Shown: one piece after another, positions 58,850-64,000 of the stretch | Layout of the letters: each line of letters begins with the position of its first letter | Numbering within the stretch: position 1 is the stretch's first letter | Source of the DNA: Bacteroidia bacterium | GTDB taxonomy: Bacteria > Bacteroidota > Bacteroidia > J057 > JAIXKT01 | Reading direction: 5' to 3' | DNA length: 64,000 nt | Assembly (NCBI GenBank): GCA_026932145.1 | Contig: JAIXKT010000009.1 | Coordinates: 14,876 to 78,875 of the forward strand | Translations under genes and position numbers: made by a program | Notes under the pieces: generated by a model | Database searches by the model: none | What the model was told of the DNA's origin: nothing | Seen by the model: the letters and a program-made list of their open reading frames with translations, nothing else

Positions 58850-59431
58850 TTAGGGGATAAATAGGTTGATTTTGGTTACGATTTCCTGAATAGCTTGCCC
58901 TAAGTCGTCATTTAGGATAATTTCATCAAAGTAAGGGGCGAATGTAAGCTCATGGGCAGCTTTTTTGATTCTGCGGTCGAGTTCTTCGGGTGTTTCTGTG
59001 TTCCGTTTTTCAAGTCGCTGGCGTAAGACTTCCAGAGAAGGCGGCTGAATGAAAAAAGAACGTGCTTGCTCTTGAAATATTTTTTTCAAATTAATACCGC
59101 CTTGCACGTCCACATCAAATACGGCTGAATTGCCGTGTGTAACAATACGATCTACTTCTGAACGAAATGTACCATAAAATCTATCTGGATAAACTTCTTG
59201 CCATTCTAAAAATTTATCTTTTTCAATATAATAACGAAATTTTTCAATTGAGATAAAATAATAATCGCGGCCGTTGATTTCATAATTACGCTTTGGGCGT
59301 GTAGTTGCCGAAACAGAAAACTCTAACCTTTCTATTCTTTTCAGAACTTCAAAGACAATGGTGGATTTTCCTGCCCCGCTGGGAGCCGAAAATATGATTA
59401 TTTTACCGCTTTGCTTAGGAACTTGTTTCAT
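58850..59431 (-). CDS. gmk: Guanylate kinase
   Basis: P-loop SAPSGAGKST, SATTRPKR, and EWQEVYPDRFYGT. Confidence 0.9.
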   Translation of the reverse strand: MKQVPKQSGKIIIFSAPSGAGKSTIVFEVLKRIERLEFSVSATTRPKRNYEINGRDYYFISIEKFRYYIEKDKFLEWQEVYPDRFYGTFRSEVDRIVTHGNSAVFDVDVQGGINLKKIFQEQARSFFIQPPSLEVLRQRLEKRNTETPEELDRRIKKAAHELTFAPYFDEIILNDDLGQAIQEIVTKINLFIP

Positions 59432-59516
59432 TGAGCCTACAAAGTTGAAAAAAGTTATGCTTGATAATGATTTTAAAACGGTAATATTTCGGAATTTGCG
59501 TGCTCATTAGATACTA

Positions 59517-60710
59517 ATGCCTCGCATACTTCGGATTATTAACCGCTTAAATATTGGTGGCCCTACCTACAATGCTGTTTTTTTAACCAAATACTTAGCC
59601 CCTGAATATGAAACGTGTTTGTTATCCGGGCAGATTTTTGCCGGTGAGGCAAGTTCTTCTTTTGTAGCTGCCGAAAATGGAGTAGAACCCCGTTTTATTC
59701 GTTCTCTGGAACGAACCCCTAATCCTTTCAACGACTTTCTGGCTTATCGTGAAATCCGGCAGATAATTAAGGAGTTCAAACCGGATATAGTGCATACCCA
59801 CGCTACTAAACCGGGCTTAGTAGGCCGTTTAGCCGCCTATCATGAAAAAGTACCGGTAATTATCCACACATATCACGGGCATTATTTTCACTCCTATTTT
59901 CATCCAATCATAACAAAATTTTTCCTGTTTATTGAACGTTGGTTAGCTACCAAAAGTACCGGAATTATCGCTATTAGTGAATCTCAAAAAAAAGAACTGG
60001 CTGACGTGTATCATGTGGCAGATTCGGATAAAATCCATGTTGTTCACAATGGCTTTGACCTATCAAAATTCACAGATAACCAAGAGTTTAAACGAAAATC
60101 TTTTCGTCAGCAATGGAGCATTTCTAATAATGAAATAGCTATTGGGATAATAGGACGGATTGTTCCAATCAAAAATCATCCTTTGTTTTTATCGGCTTGT
60201 GCCACGCTAAAGCAATTATGCCCACCCAATATAAAACTACGCTTCTTTATTATTGGAGATGGAACGGATAAAGATGCAGTGGAAGCACAAGCAAAGCACT
60301 TGGGTTTTACCTTAGGCTCCCAGCAACAACCTGCTGAACTCACCTTTACTTCTTGGATACGGGACATTGACATAGCTACCGCCGGACTGGATATTATCGT
60401 TTTATCATCCCTAAATGAAGGCACTCCCGTAAGCCTAATAGAAGCTCAGGCTGCCGCAAAGCCAATCGTAACTACTCGTGTAGGAGGTGTTGCAGATATT
60501 GTGATACCAAACCAAACAGCCTTTGTTACACCCTCAAGGGATGCCAATGCTATGGCAAACGCCCTACTTCAGTTAATAAAAAACCCTGACCAACGTATCC
60601 AAATGGGAAATGAGGGCAGAAAATATGTTATGGAGCGATTCTCCTACCAAACATTGGTTCAGAATATGCGTAGCTGCTATGAACAGCTATTTAAAAAAGC
60701 CGGTTCATAG
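59517..60710 (+). CDS. Glycosyltransferase family 4 (GT-B fold)
   Basis: N-terminal GGPTYN-type domain and a C-terminal EGTPVSLIEAQAAAKPIV (Ex7E) motif. Confidence 0.8.
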   Translation: MPRILRIINRLNIGGPTYNAVFLTKYLAPEYETCLLSGQIFAGEASSSFVAAENGVEPRFIRSLERTPNPFNDFLAYREIRQIIKEFKPDIVHTHATKPGLVGRLAAYHEKVPVIIHTYHGHYFHSYFHPIITKFFLFIERWLATKSTGIIAISESQKKELADVYHVADSDKIHVVHNGFDLSKFTDNQEFKRKSFRQQWSISNNEIAIGIIGRIVPIKNHPLFLSACATLKQLCPPNIKLRFFIIGDGTDKDAVEAQAKHLGFTLGSQQQPAELTFTSWIRDIDIATAGLDIIVLSSLNEGTPVSLIEAQAAAKPIVTTRVGGVADIVIPNQTAFVTPSRDANAMANALLQLIKNPDQRIQMGNEGRKYVMERFSYQTLVQNMRSCYEQLFKKAGS

Positions 60711-60734
60711 AAAAAATCCAATGAACCGGCTCGC

Positions 60735-60782
60735 AAATAGAAGTAAGATACATTACGTAATGTATCTTACCTCCTTCTATTT
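60735..60782. terminator. Bidirectional hairpin between the convergent GT4 and giant repeat-protein genes
   Basis: Perfect 28 nt palindrome gtaagatacattac|gtaatgtatcttac (60743-60770), with outer atagaag / cttctat arms. Confidence 0.6.
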
Positions 60783-60839
60783 GTGAAATATAGTTGCTAA
60801 ATGACTATTTAATAGAGCCTTTGGGTTGGTTTTTATTCA

Positions 60840-63800
60840 TTATTGTATTCGATTCCATGCAGCTCCATCGCTTTGTAAAGTAACAGCAGAATTAGCAGCT
60901 ATATTAGTAGTAGCAGCACCGGCAAAAGGATTGTATGCGATGGAAGTGTTTATTGCTGCGACTGTTCTGTTTACAAGCACGTATATACGTCCCGGGCATG
61001 ATGCTGCTGCCGGCAAGGTAATTGCACCAGCAGCGGTACGTATTACCGTATAATGTGTGGCATCTAAGGTAATAGCACCACCACTGACAACGATGCTTTT
61101 AGCGATACTACCAACTGTATGGAGGCTTGAGGTTGGGCTAGTGGTACCTATACCTACATTGCCGTTAATCATATCTATATTAAACATCTGCTTCCAAGCA
61201 CTTCCATCATATCTAGAGATATAAAAATCATTTTGTTCGCCAACGGTACCCCAAGCATTAGAGCGAGCACCCATAGCCCAGCCTTTTGTTCCTGCATAGC
61301 CTAATGCTGTAGAGCCATTAGCATCATTTAAAGTTGTAAGATGCAGTGCTGTTTCTTGACTTGCACCTGTACCCGGGTTGGTAATGCCTAAATAAGAGCT
61401 GACAGCCCCTGTTTTATGTACCGACAAGGCATAAGCATTTGGTGGACTTGCTGTACCAATTCCCACAATTCCGTCTGCTGTGATACGCATACGCTCTAAG
61501 GAAGTAGCACTTGCATATGTTCCTACGGTGGAGAACACCAGGTTCGAAGGGCGAATGGTAGCAGAAAAAGTTGCTTCAGCATCACTGCGAATTTGGCTTT
61601 GATTATATTCCCAAGAAGTTCCGTTGTGCCCTCTGAAGACAAGTGCCCCCAAAACTTGCCCACCAGGAGTAACTGTACTTCCCTTAGTGCCCAATGATAG
61701 AGCAGAGTAAGCTGATATTGTTGGAGTAGCTACATTGGTATTGGTATAAAAAGCACCTTCAGAGTAGGTCCCGGTTCTTTCTATCTGAAGAGGAATAGCC
61801 GGTGCGGCCGTGCCAATTCCTACCGATCCGGCATCATTAACTATAAAGGCTGTTGCGCCGTTATCCCGCACCTCAAAATCTCCGGTAGAAGATAAGTTAA
61901 AAATAGTGTTGCTGCCACCGCTGTTTTCAAAAGTCAAGCTATTAGAACCTTGGGTTAGTGTTGTATTTGTTGTTAGGTTGCCTCCTAAGCGCACATCAAA
62001 GCCGGATAGCGTTAATCCGTTGCTGGCTGTGGTGGATTCTCCGGGTGGTAAAAATGCCCACGTTAACCCTCCACTACCATCATTTTTTAAATAGGTATTA
62101 GCAGCACCTTGCACACCCGGAAAATTGGTGGGCACATTGTTTATTTTAACAATATTACCATTAATATCTACTTGAAATTTCTCTACGACAGAAAACGGCT
62201 GAGTAGGTGCCGTAGTACCTATCCCCACGTTAGTATTTGCTGTTGCTCCGTTTTGGCCGTTTATGCTGCCCAGCACCATGCTGTTATTGGCTGTTACATA
62301 GGCTCTTGACCCAATAGCCGTAGCATTGGTTAAGTTATTACTGCCTGCATTAGCAAAATACCCTAACGCGCTGTTATTACTGCCGGTGGTGTTGGTAAGC
62401 AAGGCACTATCTCCAAACGCCGTGTTAAAATTACCGCCTGTATTATGGTATAACGAATAGTTTCCGCTTGCCGTGTTACTACCACCCGTGATGTTGCTGT
62501 ATAGCGACTGAGAACCGCTTGCCGTGTTATAATACCCCGTGATGTTGCTGCTTAGCGAATAATAACCGCTTGCCGTGTTACTACCCCCCGTGGTGTTATT
62601 GTTTAGCGAAGAATAACCGCTTGCCGTGTTGCCACCCCCCGTGGTGTTTTTGAATAGCGAATAAGAACCGCTTGCCATGTTATAACTCCCCGTGTTGTTG
62701 CTTTGTAGCGATTGATAACCGCTTGCCGTGTTGCCACTCCCCGTGGTGTTGCTGTATAGCGAAGAAGAACCGCTTGCCGTGTTAGCCCCCCCCGTGGTGT
62801 TGCTGTATAGCGATTGAGAGCCGCTTGCCATGTTACCAGTCCCCGTGGTGTTGCTGTATAGCGATTGAGAACCGCTTGCCGTGTTATAATTACCCGTGGT
62901 GTTGCTCCACAAGGTTTGGTAGCCTAAGGCGGTGTTGTTATTGCCCGTATTGGCAGATGCATCGGTAGAACCGCGCAAAGCCTCAAAGCCCAAGGCTACA
63001 TTGTAGTTGGTAAAGGAGCTGCCGGTATTATTAGCATAATACATAGCTCCGTTACCAATGGCAGTAGCGTTACTACCCGCTACATTATAGTAAAGCGCAC
63101 CGTAACCATTTGCCGTATTGCTGCTGCCCGTAATGTTGCCGAATAGCGAACCATAACCGCTTACCGTATTATTATTACCTGTGGTGTTGTTGTATAACGA
63201 ATAAGAGCCGCCTGCTGCATTATTATTACCTGTGGTGTTATTCCACAGCGTTTGATAACCTATTGCCATATTACCATCACCCGTGGTGTTGCTATATAGC
63301 GAATAAGAACCGCTTGCCGTATTATAATTACCCGTGGTGTTTTTGAATAGCGAAACAGAACCGCTTGCCGTATTATTATTACCCGTGGTGTTGTTATATA
63401 GCGACTGGACACCGCTTGCGATGTTACTACCACCCGTGGTATTGCTCCACAAGGTTTGGTAGCCTAAAGCAGTGTTGTTATTGCCCGTATTGTTAGATGC
63501 ATCGGTAGAGCCGCGCAAAGCCTCAAAGCCCAAGGCTACATTGGCATTAGTAAAAGCCGTGCCGGTATTATTGGCATAGCGCATAGCTCCGTTACCAATG
63601 GCAGTAGCGTTACTACCCGCCACGTTGCTGTATAGCGATAGATAACCGCTTGCCATGTTGTTATTACCCGTGGTGTTGCTGAGCAGCGATTGAAAACCGC
63701 TTGCCGTGTTTTGATAGCCCGTGGTGTTGTAGAATAGCGAACTAACACCACTTGCCGTGTTAATACTGCCCGTGGTATTGTTATATAGTGAATAAGAGCC

Positions 63801-64000
63801 GCTTGCCGTGTTATAATTACCCGTGGTGTTACTCATTAGAGACCCGTTGCCGATACCTACATTGGTAATAGCTGTATTCACTAAACCAGCTCTGTAGCCT
63901 AAAAATACGGAACCGGTATCTATGCGCCCGGCTTGCATATTATTGACCTTAAACTTCAAACTCATTAGGTCGGTAGTACCTATAAAATTGATAGAAGTAT
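60840..64000 (-). CDS. Very large repetitive surface fibre or adhesin-like protein. Only the C-terminal 1050+ aa are in the window.
   Basis: The reading frame stays open upstream of the ORF-track Met at 63965 through to the window edge (...STSINFIGTTDL-MSLKF). It has about 30 tandem 17-aa units (consensus NTASGxxSLYSNTTGxx) and four VGIGTxxP-type segments. No T9SS CTD was recognised. Confidence 0.7.
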   Translation of the reverse strand, partial: TSINFIGTTDLMSLKFKVNNMQAGRIDTGSVFLGYRAGLVNTAITNVGIGNGSLMSNTTGNYNTASGSYSLYNNTTGSINTASGVSSLFYNTTGYQNTASGFQSLLSNTTGNNNMASGYLSLYSNVAGSNATAIGNGAMRYANNTGTAFTNANVALGFEALRGSTDASNNTGNNNTALGYQTLWSNTTGGSNIASGVQSLYNNTTGNNNTASGSVSLFKNTTGNYNTASGSYSLYSNTTGDGNMAIGYQTLWNNTTGNNNAAGGSYSLYNNTTGNNNTVSGYGSLFGNITGSSNTANGYGALYYNVAGSNATAIGNGAMYYANNTGSSFTNYNVALGFEALRGSTDASANTGNNNTALGYQTLWSNTTGNYNTASGSQSLYSNTTGTGNMASGSQSLYSNTTGGANTASGSSSLYSNTTGSGNTASGYQSLQSNNTGSYNMASGSYSLFKNTTGGGNTASGYSSLNNNTTGGSNTASGYYSLSSNITGYYNTASGSQSLYSNITGGSNTASGNYSLYHNTGGNFNTAFGDSALLTNTTGSNNSALGYFANAGSNNLTNATAIGSRAYVTANNSMVLGSINGQNGATANTNVGIGTTAPTQPFSVVEKFQVDINGNIVKINNVPTNFPGVQGAANTYLKNDGSGGLTWAFLPPGESTTASNGLTLSGFDVRLGGNLTTNTTLTQGSNSLTFENSGGSNTIFNLSSTGDFEVRDNGATAFIVNDAGSVGIGTAAPAIPLQIERTGTYSEGAFYTNTNVATPTISAYSALSLGTKGSTVTPGGQVLGALVFRGHNGTSWEYNQSQIRSDAEATFSATIRPSNLVFSTVGTYASATSLERMRITADGIVGIGTASPPNAYALSVHKTGAVSSYLGITNPGTGASQETALHLTTLNDANGSTALGYAGTKGWAMGARSNAWGTVGEQNDFYISRYDGSAWKQMFNIDMINGNVGIGTTSPTSSLHTVGSIAKSIVVSGGAITLDATHYTVIRTAAGAITLPAAASCPGRIYVLVNRTVAAINTSIAYNPFAGAATTNIAANSAVTLQSDGAAWNRIQ
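62290..63840 (-). repeat. 51 nt periodic in-frame tandem repeat array within the giant gene
   Basis: ccgcttgccgtgtt recurs every 51 nt on the plus strand. Confidence 0.85.

Noticed and set aside
62786-62793. A C8 homopolymer (G8 on the coding strand) inside the surface-protein gene, considered as a slipped-strand phase-variation switch.
   Set aside because: Equally long G/C runs occur in ordinary housekeeping genes here, for example 29346-29353 in the cyclophilin gene and 40497-40503. They arise simply from GGG-GGG or CCC-CCC codon pairs, so the tract is not specific evidence for phase variation.
62290-63840. A regular 51 nt repeat array that could look like a CRISPR array.
   Set aside because: The whole array is one continuous open reading frame encoding 17-aa protein repeats. 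There is no alternation of conserved repeats with unique spacers, and there are no cas genes.

Overview
This is a chromosomal segment from an AT-rich Bacteroidota genome. Supporting signs are several T9SS C-terminal sorting domains, TAnnTTTG -7 promoter boxes upstream of many genes, and typical Bacteroidota housekeeping proteins. The exact taxon cannot be told from the sequence alone. About 55 protein genes are packed tightly. Housekeeping and metabolic genes I recognise are cca, speA-like, waaA, glpK, valS, cinA, queD, pdxJ, nadE, pssA, nadD, deoC, hemL and gmk. There are also envelope and secreted proteins: four T9SS cargo candidates, an OmpA-family protein, an OstA-like protein, an LTA-synthase-like sulfatase and a PspA/IM30 protein. 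One tRNA-Asn(GTT) gene is present. The clearly accessory part is a roughly 5.2 kb insertion-sequence junkyard between glpK and valS (about 18.8-24.0 kb), with at least five nested or decayed IS elements. The right edge carries a very large, highly repetitive fibre or adhesin-like gene that runs off the window. I found no CRISPR array, no rRNA, no prophage or integrase, and no recognisable multi-gene defence system. The observations most worth follow-up are: the nested IS architecture with a ~100 bp TIR non-autonomous element; a promoter-proximal ~200 nt structured leader or ncRNA candidate with a 31-codon uORF upstream of a NYN-domain gene; a small secreted SKSDA-repeat protein; the 17-residue-repeat giant surface protein; and a two-module aldehyde dehydrogenase next to deoC. 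All calls come from reading the ORF translations and the DNA by eye. No database search or folding computation was run.
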